NCBI GenBank assembly: GCA_030141605.1
Contig: JAQGDQ010000168.1
Coordinates: 310,001 to 374,000 of the forward strand
Origin: Tubiluchus corallicola
Taxonomy: Eukaryota; Animalia; Priapulida
DNA: 64,000 nt
Direction of reading: 5' to 3'
Made by a program: the position numbers and the translations under genes
In this document: positions 1-22,172 of the stretch, in pieces
Position numbering within the stretch: position 1 is the stretch's first letter
Layout of the letters: the number at the start of each line of letters is the position of its first letter
Notes under the pieces: generated by a model
Seen by the model: the letters and a program-made list of their open reading frames with translations, nothing else
Databases searched by the model: none
What the model was told of the DNA's origin: nothing

Positions 1-162
1 AAAGCAAACTAGATGGAGGTATTTCTTCCTACAGCTGATACAGTTTCTCAATGCTTTAAGGGGTAGTAACATTTGGTCCTAGCACTCAGCAATTTTTGCC
101 TATACTTTCTCTGCATCAAATGGCTCTGCGCGGTCGTCACACACTTTCTCTTTAAAGTAAAC

Positions 163-745
163 CTCGGACCCAATCTTGAACCGTAGGTCAAACAATCTAC
201 TTTTTAAAGTATTGAAAAGAAACATACTGTTTTTTCAAAAAAGAATTACGTGAAAGAATTATTACTACACAAAAATACAATATAGCGTTCATGCCACTAG
301 TTCTTCACTGTTACTCGCAATTCACCATCAGCGCCTGTATTTCAGAAACGCATTGCACAAAAAATAGGTGCTGTGCCTCTCAGTTTAGATGTGTTAGTTT
401 GTGACGAACTACACACGTTCGACAGCTCATGCGTGAGCACAGTGGTAAATTTGAAATTTGAATTTTTATCTTAAAACTTGCCTAGTTTTACTACAACACA
501 CTGAATCTCTTGCAATAGCACTGTACTTCAATTTTCGCTTTCGCAAACACGTGCAACACGCTCGTGGAATATTTTTGATGTTGAAAATTATGTTAGTTTG
601 TGATGTCATCAATAGTTGGGCTCGCCCGCCGTTAATTAAATTTTTAATCTATTATTTAATTATCAGAAACGCTTTTGCAGTATTATTTGTGTTAAAATGT
701 ATACGTTTTGTCGGACTCGAAAATGGGGTAGTATATGAAAAATTC
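163..745 (+). mobile_element. Interspersed non-autonomous DNA element, copy 1 of 3 (probably Kolobok-like)
   Basis: Aligns by eye with 3228-3587 (same strand) and 44690-45200 (reverse complement), e.g. TTCGCAAACACGTGCAACACGCTCGTGGAATA and TTAATCTATTATTTAATTATCAGAAACGCTTTTGCAGT. Confidence 0.8.
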
Positions 746-1341
746 CAGGTACCGCAGTCCAGACCATTAGGTTTTATTTTTATTAATAATTTTTTATCGG
801 TGCTAATTTTTTGTGATGAATACCATACTTTTATAACATTGTTGATTTGATTCCTTTATTGATTTGCTGCCTGTATTGAGTGCTTCAGCATTTATACCTC
901 AACGTGGCTGTTTTTCAATAAATGATTACATTTTAACATTTAAAATCTTAAAAGCTGCTAAAACTATAAACCTGTATCTCTCAAGCTAAGTTTGTAGAGT
1001 CCTTGCTTCTAATATTATTGCACTCTAAACTTTGGCACATTTTCTGTGCTACCAGATATATTCTTGAAGTTTTAAGTTCACAAAATAAGGAGTCCTGATA
1101 ATGGCGACTAAGTAAATGAAAAATGTGACAGAAAACTGTGTCTTTTTTATACACCAGCTTTTTACCACATTACTGATAATTTATAGTTTATCTTCAGTTG
1201 CTCTACAGTTATTCTGTACATTCCTATCGTTTTTAGGTGTTTTTGAAAGAAATGTACCAGATCATATTAGATTGTCAAAAAATGTCTTTACACTAATGTA
1301 TAAAACGCCAACACTGAATTATTAGTACATTTATATTTCAG

Positions 1342-9494
<8,153 letters not shown>

Positions 9495-10029
9495 CAAAAT
9501 TATAGCGGTCGGATTTGAATGTAGTATTTGAATAAATATTTTTCTTTTAATTTTTTATATTGATTGGCATGTGATTTGTACAGGTCGTAGCAGATGTTAG
9601 TGTTTCAGTCCCTTTTGCACATTTCTAGCGGCCTGTCTGCACATAGTTATGAAGTATTCATGAGCGTGCTTATTGAATCTAAAACGACAAAGTATGTGGA
9701 CCATCCACTTTTAGATGTCAAATACGACGACAATCCAGTGATATATACTTTCTGCTCCCAGTAGCATAGCTAGTGCCCCCTGGTTGACACTAGCTGTACC
9801 AACCGTTACTCCTCAACTCTGAAATTGTTTTGCCAATTAATGTAAAAAACGCATCGTGTTTTTCAACATGTTACCAACTATACCAAATATTATAATTTAC
9901 AACTTTAAAACGAATTCCTTTTTGCAAGTTGAATATTCTGCGCATCAAGCATTCTGGTAGTTAGTATTATGTAAATTTATGTTGCGGTTGTGACGGGTTG
10001 TCTTACATCTGATTTTAATAAATATTTTT

Positions 10030-12700
10030 TTTGTTTGACATTTATACATATATTAAAATTGTATAAAAGAAAGAATCAGCAGGCGCATGTGCACTTACGC
10101 TGATCCTATAAGACATAAAAAGATGCACAAAAATGAAATTGATAAAAACAATTCCCTAAAATTGAATATCTCTCATTAAAAAGCTCCTAATAAAATGTGC
10201 CTAAATATGAATTATATACTATATACAACACGTTTTATACAACAATACGATTTGGAGAAAACCAATTACGTCAATGACACAATGTTACATGTTTCTGATA
10301 AAGTTGCAATAGGGCAGTAAATTAACATTAGCTAATCTTTTAGTGAAAACCGACAAACTGCTAGCAAGAACTACTCGAGAGTCCAGAGCATTCCAAATAT
10401 TTATAACGCTGTTAGCAAGTGAAAATTTTAATACGTTTAACCTCGAGAAAGACGTGTACAGTTTAAAGTTGTGACCACGCAAGTGATTGGTTGAAGCATA
10501 CTGGAAAAAAAATCATCAAAACTTAAACGCACTATTTTATGACAAATTTTGTATACCATCTTAAGATTACAGACAATGCGTCTTAATTCGAGTGGCTGCA
10601 ATTCTAGTTCCGACAGTCTGTCTAAATAAGAAACAAAATTAAACTGACATCGTTGGTACAGCCTACGAGAAAAGTATCTCTGGACTTTTTAAATGCTATC
10701 AATATCTTGCATATGCTGCGGGGACCACACTGATGAACAGTACTCCAGCAAGGGACGCACATAAGCTTTATAAGCAGTCAACAGTGCAGTTTTGTTTTTA
10801 GTGTAGAAACACCTAAAAATCATATTTACCATACGAAATGCTTTAGAAACTATGGTTTTATAATGTGTCGAGAATTTTAAATCGGACGATACTGTAACAC
10901 CCAAGTCATTACATTCGTTATTATGGGTAAGGGGGGTGCCATCAAGAAAATACTGAAGATGAGGATTGCCAGATCCTAAAGGAAACATGGTGCACTTATG
11001 CGCAGCTATATTTAGTTGCCATTAATCGGACCAGTCTGTTAATTGGTCAATAGCACAACGCAATAATAAATGGTCGGCACATGGAGCATACATTTTCAAA
11101 TCATCAGCATATAATTTACAAGTAATCGAGATCGAGAGGATCGAGAACTTCAGGTAAATCGTTAATAAATAAAACAAACAACAGGGGTCCCAATATACTA
11201 CCTGAGATTACGAGTTTCCAGTTTGAAAAGACAGAACCCACCACGACCTGTTGCATTCGATTGGACAGAAAATTTTTGATCCAGTCATACAAATTACCAG
11301 AGACGCCATAACTACGCAATTTAACAAATAACTTAGAATGTACAACACTGTCAAATGCCTTGGCGTAACCGTGTCGAACTTTAGTAATTAAATTATTTTT
11401 AAGAGACACTCCAATAATTCATTTTTCACACAGGTTTCCATGGCTTTACAAGCAACTCACGTTAATGAGATTGGCCTATAACTGTTGGGGTCTGATTTTT
11501 AAATGCCTGAATAATGTGGGCTGTTAACCACGCATCAGGCAGCATGTGAGATGAAAATGACAAGCTGAAGATTTTCGTTAGTGGCACACAAAGTTGATTA
11601 GCTAATTTTGCAAATAACAAGCTAGGAAGCCCATCAGGGGTATGACTCGTTTTATGTTTTAGATTTTTTAACACGCTTTTTACTGATGATGGCGTAAACA
11701 CAACATTACTTAAACAAGTGTCTCTACTGACCCGAGGTTCAAAAGCTGGCTCCAAGTTATCATCTAATGTGTAATTTTGTGAGAAAACAGTCGATAGAAT
11801 TTCAGCCTTACTGCTGTCATCTATTATAGAACTGCCATTATGGTTCAAAGGAGCTACTCCAGATTTATAGTTTCTTTTTCTGTTAACATATTTAAAAAGA
11901 GAACTACTATTGCCGGAGTTCAAAATCAAATTCTCGCGTTTTCGTGCTAATCTAAAAATAGCGTTGGATACCTCTTTAGCACTTTTCTTGTACATAAGTT
12001 TTCCTTCTGCCGTATGACGTCTACGCCAAAAAAGTTTCTTTTTGCTTTGGAGTTTTCAAACATAAGATTAGTAATATTTTTTCTCACTAATAGTTCGCCA
12101 TGGAACATAATTTTCAATACCAACATGTAAAATTCTCACAAATTCACACCACAAACTATTTACTGAGGCATATGAATCGAAAACACTACACCAGTCAATG
12201 TTTGACAAATAATTTGAGAAATCTTTAAGTTTTGCTTTGCAGAAATCATAAACTGTATAACGTTCGTAATTAATGTGTTAGTTGGGCGAACAGTGTGTAA
12301 AAGTGACAGAGCAATGATCGGATGTTGAAAAGGGTGCGTTAACCGTTAAACGAGATACACAAAGTTCATCGTTTGTAAATACAAGATCTAAAATATTATT
12401 AACTCGGGTTGGTTCAATGACTAATTGGCTAAAACCAGACTCTTGAATGCAATTAGCAAATGTTGGGTAGAAAGTTGTATCAGGATAAGTAAAATCCCGC
12501 CTGTTAAAAAGTGGGCAGTTAAAATCACCAGCTAAAACACAAGGCGTTTGAACATAACATAACACAACAATGCAATTACTAAAATTCTCAATATAATTAG
12601 TGTCAGCATTAGGTGGAATGTATGAACAAATTACTCTTGAGGGTGCGTTGTCAAGAACGTCAATTGCTACAAGTTCGTCAAGGTGAACGATAACTCCGCC
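10030..12700 (-). mobile_element. Decayed, 5'-truncated CR1-clade LINE (AP endonuclease + reverse transcriptase ORF2)
   Basis: Fragmented ORFs give APE motifs (LAGDFN, NILDLVFTN, SDH) and RT motifs (AKAFDSVVH, GSILGPLLFVLFINDL, YADD at ~11112-11101, DLGV, YKAYVRPLLEYCSSVWSP), plus the CR1-type C-terminal RGHNFKL. Several frameshifts and stops. Small hairpin near the 3' end (~10072-10107). Boundaries approximate. Confidence 0.92.
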
Positions 12701-14464
12701 AAATGGTCAAAGACACTAGACGTAGTGTCACAAAATTTCAAATTAGTCAAGTGAATTGTGCGTATTGGTTAATCATGCTTGAGAGTAATACAAGTATTTA
12801 TATTAATTAACCATACTCGACCAGCTATAGTCAGGTGTCAACAGTAACGGTGTTGCGTTCGCCAAATATGGATCTGAACTCATTCAGTTTTGTTACTGTA
12901 GCAGGCAACAGCGCTTGGTAGTTTTCATTTTGCAGATTTGCTGGCTATAATACCATTTATTAGGAACAAACTTTCGGTAGAAATGAGTTTAATTTTCGCA
13001 TGTTTAACAGAATTAGAAAAAACAATGATTATTGTGACCTATTTTTGCTGGAATTAGTATTTCAATTTTAGATGCAATTTGTAGCTAGACTTTTTACACA
13101 TCTAGAGCGTATATTATCAGTTTTTCACAAATTTAGCGTAGCTTTATTTAATTTTGCGCTTATTCCAGAATGACGCAGATGTCTAAACGTTGTCACCGTT
13201 ATTCGAAGTCAAACTATACCCATGCAATGTTCGTAATTAAGGCTGGCCACAAGTATGCTTTTATGATATTCGTCATATAATTGATAATTATTATTGTTGG
13301 CACTGTGAAAGAAAAACCTTTATTATAAAAACTTTTCAAGAACTTTTGCGAACCTGGCTCTCATGTACCGAATATTTTGCCTAAGATCCTGGAAAACCTT
13401 TCTTGATAGCTAACATTTTACGCATACTGCCGCAATGTTCGGTAAACATAAAACATGCAGTTACTTGCTTCTTATAGGGTTCTCACAAACCTTACCTTTG
13501 GAGAGAAAATAATTGACATTTAGAAGAACAAGCTTCGTAGATAATAAAATACTGAGACTGTGTACATACAACAAGCTCCAGAAACCGTTTCACAGACCCG
13601 TAGCTTTTTCAAGTATATCTGCACCACTTGCGCAGTTTCAATATAGTTTCAGTTTTAGGACCCAATGGAAGCAGCTGGTGTATCACAACAAAATTTAAAG
13701 TCGACAGTCATGCTGTTTTGGATTTAGAGTGCATTTTATCTGTTATCACAATTTCCATATCAAAAGGATGTTTGCATTTGTTTAGTCATTAGTAGGTCGG
13801 CATGACTTACTACTGTGGTGTCAATGATAAAAACATCTTAGTAGACCGCACACGAGGCAGTTAGGTGTATTAGATATTACTTCGGGTGACGTTTGGCATT
13901 TTTCTTATTAAAACTGTGGACGTGCATAAGTGCAAAACCATGGTAAAGCCATAAATTCGGCGTTTTTCCTGCTGCACCTTTTACATTTTATAAAAAAACG
14001 AGTTTATTATAAAAACATAAAAGCATCGTCATTAGCAGCAAAATTGAAAGCTTAGTACTTCCATAATCACATGACAACTATCTGCAAGAAAATCGTGCAA
14101 AATATAGTGAATTTTGTCTGCAGCGTCTGCACGTATTTTATTATTGGGGTTCTCGCTTGAGTAGTAACACTAGAAATAGATCACCACAATACCGGCTGCG
14201 TTCTAGTAGCTGTTCGTGTAATAACTTTTTCGCACCTTATTATAATATTTTTACGACATAGTATTATAAAAGTTGTTTGCATATTTCCCGCACAGAAACC
14301 AGGACAGAAGAATTTAGCCACTTTCTTAACAAGTTATTAAAAGAGTCAAAGATGACATTAATATTGGAGGTTTAACTTATTCCCCTTCCTGAAGATTTCT
14401 TCATTAGCCATTAATTGGCCTTTTCTTTGTACTGTAACCAGGGATACTGAATCGTTCAACACAT

Positions 14465-14515
14465 GTTGCGCAATATGGGTTCTGATTGGTTCTATAAGTA
14501 CATTTGCGTCACATG
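14465..14515 (+). promoter_or_regulatory. Candidate proximal promoter motifs of paralogue B
   Basis: C/EBP-type palindrome GTTGCGCAAT (14465), inverted CCAAT (CTGATTGG, ~14482), TATAA (~14493) and E-box GTCACATG (~14508), all within 50 bp and ~270 bp upstream of the ATG. Motif match only. Confidence 0.3.
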
Positions 14516-14766
14516 CATGAACACTTCATGACAAACAAAAATACGAGTTGAGACGATGAAAATGATCTGCAGATAAAAGTCAGTTCAAAGGTCCATAGTT
14601 GATGCTACAAGCACACGACACAAAGTAATTGCAAGTCATTAGCGATTAAAAATTCTGATCGTTTGCACTCGTGTGTTTGAATAGGCCTAATATAGTGGCC
14701 CATATTCTTATTATAGCTTTTCTGCTTTTCCTTTACATTGTGTAACAGTTTTGGTATACTCTCAGA

Positions 14767-17700
14767 ATGGCAAAATTTTTTTGGACAATTTGGTCTGCAC
14801 TTGTAGTAGCATACTTTAATCATTGCACAGTGTTGGCAGCTATTGGGGTGCAACATTTAAATAGGTTTACTAAATCCTATGCGACTCTTGGGAAAGATGC
14901 TTTCCAGGACCAAAGAGTGCGGGAACTTGCAAATTCTCTGTCAACGGTTGAACAAATTGCAGCCTTTATAAAAGAAAATAAAGACAGTTTGTCACAAGAA
15001 TTAAAAAGTCGAGACATTGAGCTCTCCGAATTGCCAGAGAATGTCGAGGCTTGTTGGCGAAGCCTAATAGCTGTTTACGAAGGAATTGAAAATAATGAGC
15101 TTTGGGCGCTTGCATGTAAGTACTACACAAAATGAAATTTTAGTTTGAGTGAATTCTGGATTGAAAGTTAACAATTATAAATGGTATTTTAATTTGATGT
15201 TGAGATGTTGAGAGTTGTGGATATTAAAAAGCATCAATTAGATTGAATGTTTCTATGCCAATTTTTAATCGAATAAACTTGAAGACAAAAATTATGTTTA
15301 AGCTAAAAACAGCAAGTTTAATATGCTCTCCATGGATATTATCTAGAAGATAATGCAGACTTGTAATACCCCTTTGTAGGCCTATATAGCGTTTTGTAAA
15401 TTAACATCTTTGTTGATATATTATTTAAAAAATTGAAATTTTCTAGTTCTGGACGCAATGGGAAAGCCAGAATCAGGAATGCTGGAAGGTTCACTCACTT
15501 GGATAGGTTCACATGAAGTGTGTAAGAGCATTGAAGTTCCGGAAAATTTGAACCAGGCATTTGGTACAAAAACCTGCTTATCCCTAGTGAACATACCTTT
15601 AGAAGGAGTGGTATGATATGAATTACTACATCATATGAATACAATAAAATCACTTGATAACAAAATTAATCTATTTAATTGATGAGTAAATAATACAACT
15701 TTGTTAAAATTTTCAACTCACATAGTCAAAAATCACGTCAAACGTTTCGACAGACTATTGCTGTCATCATCAGTGGTAAAGTTTACAAACATACAAACAG
15801 TTTATCAAACAGTTTATATAGGCAAAGCCGATAGAACATTATGCAACTAATCAAGTAATTAACAGAAGCCAAATAGATAATGAATAAGTTGACCAGTAAA
15901 GAAACTGATACAGTATAACCTTTTGCGTGATTTTTAACTATGTGAATTTGAAGTTTTAATAAAGTTGTGTTGTTTTGGTTAAAAATGTTTTAAGTGCCTG
16001 TAATAAAAAATTGACCAGTAAAAATGATTTTATTAATTATCAAACGCTTTTACAATGAAATGCTACATTTTTAAATTGCGAATTAACATTTGTCTCAGTT
16101 TGGTACTTCAGTGAGTTGATTTTTTTCTTGTCCTAACAGTGGAACTTGCCTTGCCTTACCATGCTTTACGACCCAGTATCTTGCCTTCTTTACTTTGCTT
16201 TACGTTACCTTACGTTAGAGTCCCTGCACTGTCTTTTTCTTTCCTTTCTTACTTTTCTTTTCTTTCCTTTCTTTCCTTACTTTCCTTCCCTTCCCCCCTT
16301 TCTCTCATGTGAAAGCCCTGGATTGTTAACTAGGCTAATCATCAAGATCTCAAAATCAAAAATGAACGTTTTTCATAATACTTGTTAAGAATGCAATTCA
16401 CTTGTTTTTTTTTCAAGGACAAGTCCGTAAGTCAAAATGTCAACCACAGATCGACAATTTATGAACCAGATCCAAGTATAGTCATTACTCATGGCATTTG
16501 TATTCCGGATACATGTTCAGAAGTGGTCCCTTGGATTTTTGCCTGGTCATGTAATTATGAACAAAACTTCATAGTACTTTACATTACAAAGAAGCTAAGG
16601 TAATGTCTGCTGACAGTGTTTGGATACCTGTTCAGAAGTGGCTACCTGGATTTTTGCCTGGTCATGTAATTATGAACAAAACTTCACAAAATTGTAATAT
16701 TGGAGGGTATCCAGCGTGATTCCGAAAGGCTTCCTTCAAGAATTATGGCTTTCCAAGTTTGGTCATGTCGATATTTTTGTTCCACATATTAAGTATAGTA
16801 CCGAAATGGGTATTGAAAAACGGGCGCTGCACAGCGAACGCTTGCAAGTGGCTGCTAAGTTGCACATCGTTACATTTGTCGCCATATTGGTAGGTGACTC
16901 TCCAGTTTTGTGTAATATAAGGTAAAATTAAAAGAACTGTGTCATAAAATTGAGGCCTTTATAGGCCTAAAGGCCTGTAAACATGATAGGTCTAATGTAG
17001 GTCTTTACTGAATGGCAACCGTACATCTAGCAAAAGTTTTCGCGGAGAGATAGAGCTCTCCAAGTGTAGCCATTTGGGTATACTTAGGACATTAGAATAT
17101 TATAGCAGATTTTTCATGGACGACGTCATCTTGGATACTTTCTTTGGTTATAATTCAAGAGCCGTAAATTCTACGAAGAGGAAATTTGGATAGCCGATTG
17201 CAAAGATGGTACCATCGCGGACCGTTAACCTGAGGTCGTAACAGTACACCACTTGGCAACAGCAAAAACAAAACCGTCACAATGCTATTTCTCTAAAATA
17301 CGGAGCTACTTTCTGAAATTTCAGTCGTTGTTAAGGTCTCGTAAAACGATAACTTTTTGCCACTGGTAGGTCAGAAATCGGTAATTGTCGGGCGTAGGGT
17401 CCACGTGTATGCCTGGGAAGGCACACGTGGGAAATTATAAGCATCCAAACTTACGATTTTGGAATGTCAACCCTCAAAATAGATCAATGTGAAGTTTTTG
17501 GGCTCATAACTTAGACGAATCCCGGGTTACGACATGGTATCGTAATGTCGAGTGGGCCTCCATTCCTAATACAAGCACGATTAATTTGGTCAAGTAGGGC
17601 TTTCTAGTTTTTAACTTATTAAAAAACCGCGTCTGTCACATGACTTGGGATTATTCTGCTAGGGAGTTACTTTTTCCCAAGTTTAGACATGAGGGTGCCT

Positions 17701-20700
17701 TAGTGTTATTTAAGGTTCCACCAACAGAAACATGTGCTGGACACACAAATAGACAAACAATCTACAGTAACAACCACGATTTCAGAAGGTGCTGTAGTAC
17801 AGAGCAACTTAATAGCTCGATAGAAAACAAGGCTGACACTTTAAACATCGCGTTCATTTTAAACGATTCTGATTTTTGCTAGTCATTATTAAAGCGCTGT
17901 TGATAACTAAAAGGTGATGAGACGTTAATCACATCTGTTCGGCAGCCAGTGAACGGACGAGGCCATTCCATATCAGCCCTTTGGGGATAGACTCGTTTCT
18001 CAGAAATTTTTTCCCTCGGCATAGAAAATTTCGCAGAAAAAATGTTTCCCAGATATGCCATTTCCAGAATTCTTTTCCCAAAACCATCATAGGAAAATAA
18101 AATTCACGGAAAATGTAATAAATCATTTTAGATAATGCACAATAAAAACTATTTTATTTTAACTATGTGTATTGATTAATAGGGATCATATAAATTAATT
18201 TGGTGAACTGGTTTAGGAAGAAAGTAGATTTGTAACGTTAGAACGATTAAGTAGCGAATTACTCTGATCTTTGTTTATGCGCAATAGTGAGTAATCATGA
18301 CGTGTGATTGGCTATGAAGTTAAGCAACGCCAAGCCTGGAAACTGATTTGTCGGGAGACCGCTTAGGAATATCACTCTTGGCCATGCAGTTACTTTACTG
18401 TGATTTCGAATTATTACGTTCATTGCTTGTTGCTTAGAGAAGATATACTTGCATCTGAATGTGATTGTGACATCTCTGCCAGTCTAGTTTTCCACCTCAG
18501 AGGATTATCTTGATAATGAACTAGGATCCGGTCCTGCCATAAAAGAACCAATAAAAAAATCTTGCGAAGGAGCATAATTTATTATGCAAATGTTGTCCCA
18601 ATATATTAACAAATCTGTGTGGTTCGCAAAACCTTGGTGTTTTCATTTTTTATAATTATTAATCCTATGATTTCAAATCCTATGATTATCAGTTGAGTTT
18701 GAGATGATTATATGCAGCGCGCAATTTTAAATGACTCTGATTTTTGATACTCATTAGTTAAAGAACTGTTGATAACTAAAAGACAGCAAAAGAGAAAGAA
18801 CGAAAGGTGTAGAGTGAGAAAGAGGGAGAGGTGGGAGGGGAATAAGGGGAACGAGAGAATGAGAAGAAGAGAAAGCCAGCGAAGGAGAGGGGGGAATGAC
18901 AGAAAAGGAAAGGTTAACAGGGTGAAGGGAGAGAAAGAGCGAGAAGCAAACAAAAAAAAGAGAAATCGAAGGCATTTTCCTAGTAAAATTGCAGATTTAG
19001 CAATTGAACCCGTAGCCGTGGTTTTTCGGTCAAAAAATCTTTCTGGGAAATGTTTTTTCCGTGAAATGAGTTTTCTAGGAAAACTTTAGGGAAAAAAGTT
19101 TTCCGGCAATTTTTTTTCTTGGAACCGCCGTTTTATACCTTGCATGCAATGCTGATATGCATTTGCCTTATAATGGATCGAACCATCAAAATGTGCGAGT
19201 GGGAGTGAAAACATATGGTATTTTGCGGATGTAACAACGCTTTGCATTACAAAAATACTATGCTAAGCTTTGTTGATAGTAATGACAAAATTTCGAATAT
19301 ATTAGCAATTCATTTGGTGATTATAGCATCAGTCTGGTAAAGTATCATTTAAAAACAGGCATTTGGGGGAAGGTTTAACATACTGATGGTGTTTCTACGA
19401 ATACAAGCTAAAATGAAATCTACTACCATAACGTATGCAAAAACAAATCAAAGATTCCGAATAATATATAATATAAAGTGAAATTACCAATGAAGATAAT
19501 TACACAATTGACATACATATGTAATTTGCTTTATTGGTATTAAAAATGTGATTTGTTTTTGTTTTAGTGATATCAGAATACGAAAATGCCACAGTCTGGC
19601 TGTCTACCTGCGAAGACGAATATTCACTCGAAGGAGGAGCAATTGGTTTCATGTATGCATTTTAATACCACATTTTTAACTTCTAAAAAATATTTAATAA
19701 AATATATGTAATAACTCCAGTCAACAAGGTGAGGGCAAAGTTGATCAAAAATAGACCGAAAAGTTCGCCTAGGTGAATGACTATCATTTCAGCTGCTCAG
19801 TAAAGGTTTGACGCGAAACTGATAATTGAAGTAAAAATGGGTGATTGTGCAAACACCAGCCAAAGATCAGCAGATGAACATATTAAATTTTGCAAGTGTT
19901 CTTTACTTTACTATATAAAATGGCAACACTAAATTGAGAGCACTTTTTCATTTCAGCTGTGTGGCTGCTGTGTTCCTCATTTTGATAATAGCTGGTACTG
20001 TTTGTGATATCTATGTACATCAGCCTTCACTGATGAAAACGTCTGCAAAATTTTCATCAAATCTTACCAACGTAACAACTTTACAAGAGTGTGACTCAAT
20101 GAATGATATTAGTGAGTCCATAAAAAATGATCTTTCTACCGAAGAAACTGCAATTGACATGCCCGAATCGAAGACATCAGTGAGTCAAATAAACGGAACA
20201 ATATCTTCAGGTGTTTCAGTGAGTAATAGTAAACGCGATGAGAAAAAAGCTGTAGCCAATATGAATAATGGTCCCAGTAAAGGTGCTATACCTGAGCAGA
20301 CTAACTTACCAAAGTATGTGGACCCTATGGTTAGCAAGGAATCCATAATCAAAACAGACTTGAAGGATAAGAAAACCACTTCAGGTAGGCCAAATACGAA
20401 ATTTCACTAAAGACTCTATTAACAACAAATCGAAAAGAACTATATCTAATCTACTATACCAATTACTGCGTTTAATACACCAGACCTTTTCTTTGCATTG
20501 CAGATACTCTTTTGAATTTTGTGCTGTGCTTTTCTGTCTACACAAACGGTACCAAACTTTTGTCAACGAAAGCAAGTGGTGGGACATTGCAATGTATTCA
20601 TGGGATTCGGTTTTTCAGCATTTCTTGGGTAATTCTTGGTCATACGTACTCCAGTGCAATGTTAGCAGTCGGTAAGTTTTGGTATGAGAAACAAAAATAC

Positions 20701-22091
20701 GTAAAAACTGTGCTTAAGATTTATCTTAATTGTGATAACTATTTAGTGAGGTTGGAAAAAAGGGAACGACTACGTACAGGAGCCGAATATTCAGAAATGA
20801 CTTTTTGTTCAATGCATGGACAATTTTTTAAAAACTTTACTGTCGATCAAGTGACAGTAAACCGTAGCTGCGACCACGCAATTCTAAGACTCATAATTCC
20901 AAATTGAAAACAGATAGAGTCATATTTTATTACTAGTAACGAATAGGATGTAGTACACGAGCTTTCGCTTGGTGCTATGATAAGTGACTCTGAACTGTTT
21001 AAGATAATTCTTAATTGGATATGGAAGAAGTAATGCTGGAAGACTAAACAATTAAACTGTATGTAAATATTTCAGTTTTAGATTACCTACAGTATGCTTT
21101 CGAAAAATGATATTTTTACTTTATGACCTCCTTCATGGTCTCTGAGAAAGCCTTGAGCGGGGCGAAACGTATAATACGTCAATAAATATTGCCATTTCAC
21201 TACCTGCATTACTAGTTTTACTGCATTACCTGAAATAGTTTATTGGTCTAAGTCTTTGCAAGTGAATACATTATTCTATTCTGAATTCACACTTATAGCT
21301 AAATATAGAGCCATCCATTCATTTTTGTTGCATTCTATTCTGCTTCAAGAACGTATGCTACCTTTGTTCTTAACTTTTTTGGATTGTTACAGATAATAGG
21401 ATGTCATTCGTTTATATGCCAGGTGACTTTTTGTTTCACGCAATTTATAACGGAACTTATTCTGTTGACACATTCTTCCTTTTAAGGTATGAGTTTAGAA
21501 GCATCTTGAACTTCATAAACTGCTCTTATGTTCATCAAAAATAAACGTATAAAAACAAAAAAAGGATTTTTGAGAGAATGATTATACCTAAGCTAAGCCA
21601 AAACAGTCCATATCTGTAATGGACAGTCTGCATGGTCCATCCTAATCCCTAGACAACCATAACAACTAACTTGGTCAGTTGCAAAACATCTTGATCTTCA
21701 TAGTTTTCTAGAACATTTTACTCTATATGGTCATTAAAGGTGTACCACGAAAATCAGCATGACTTTAGGAAGGTTGTAGGCTAATGTCAGTTAAATTCGC
21801 CGCCCCCAATATGGTGACCAAACGAAAATCTGTGTGGGTGTCCTTTTTATGCACGCCTATATACTGTAACGTGCCCTCAAATGTGGTGCACCATGGGAGC
21901 CAGCACAGCCCCAGCAAGCTTTTAGGCTACGTCAAGTTAGATCACCGCCCCTCCAACATGGCGGCCAAAGTGGTGTCCACAATAGTACTTTTTAGGACAT
22001 TCGTCTATATACAGTTATATTGATATATTGACATTAGTCTAAAACATTGCCAGTGCAATGCTGGTTCTTATGATACTGGTTCTTATTGGGA

Positions 22092-22172
<81 letters not shown>

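Noticed and set aside
458-850. 130-aa ORF
   Set aside because: Lies inside a non-coding interspersed repeat present three times in the window; no recognisable domain.
18316-18388. 5S rRNA gene
   Set aside because: Only the 3' half is similar, with many substitutions and no 5' half or terminator.
18708-19089. Arg/Glu-rich and complementary Leu/Phe-rich ORFs
   Set aside because: Purine-rich low-complexity intronic sequence.
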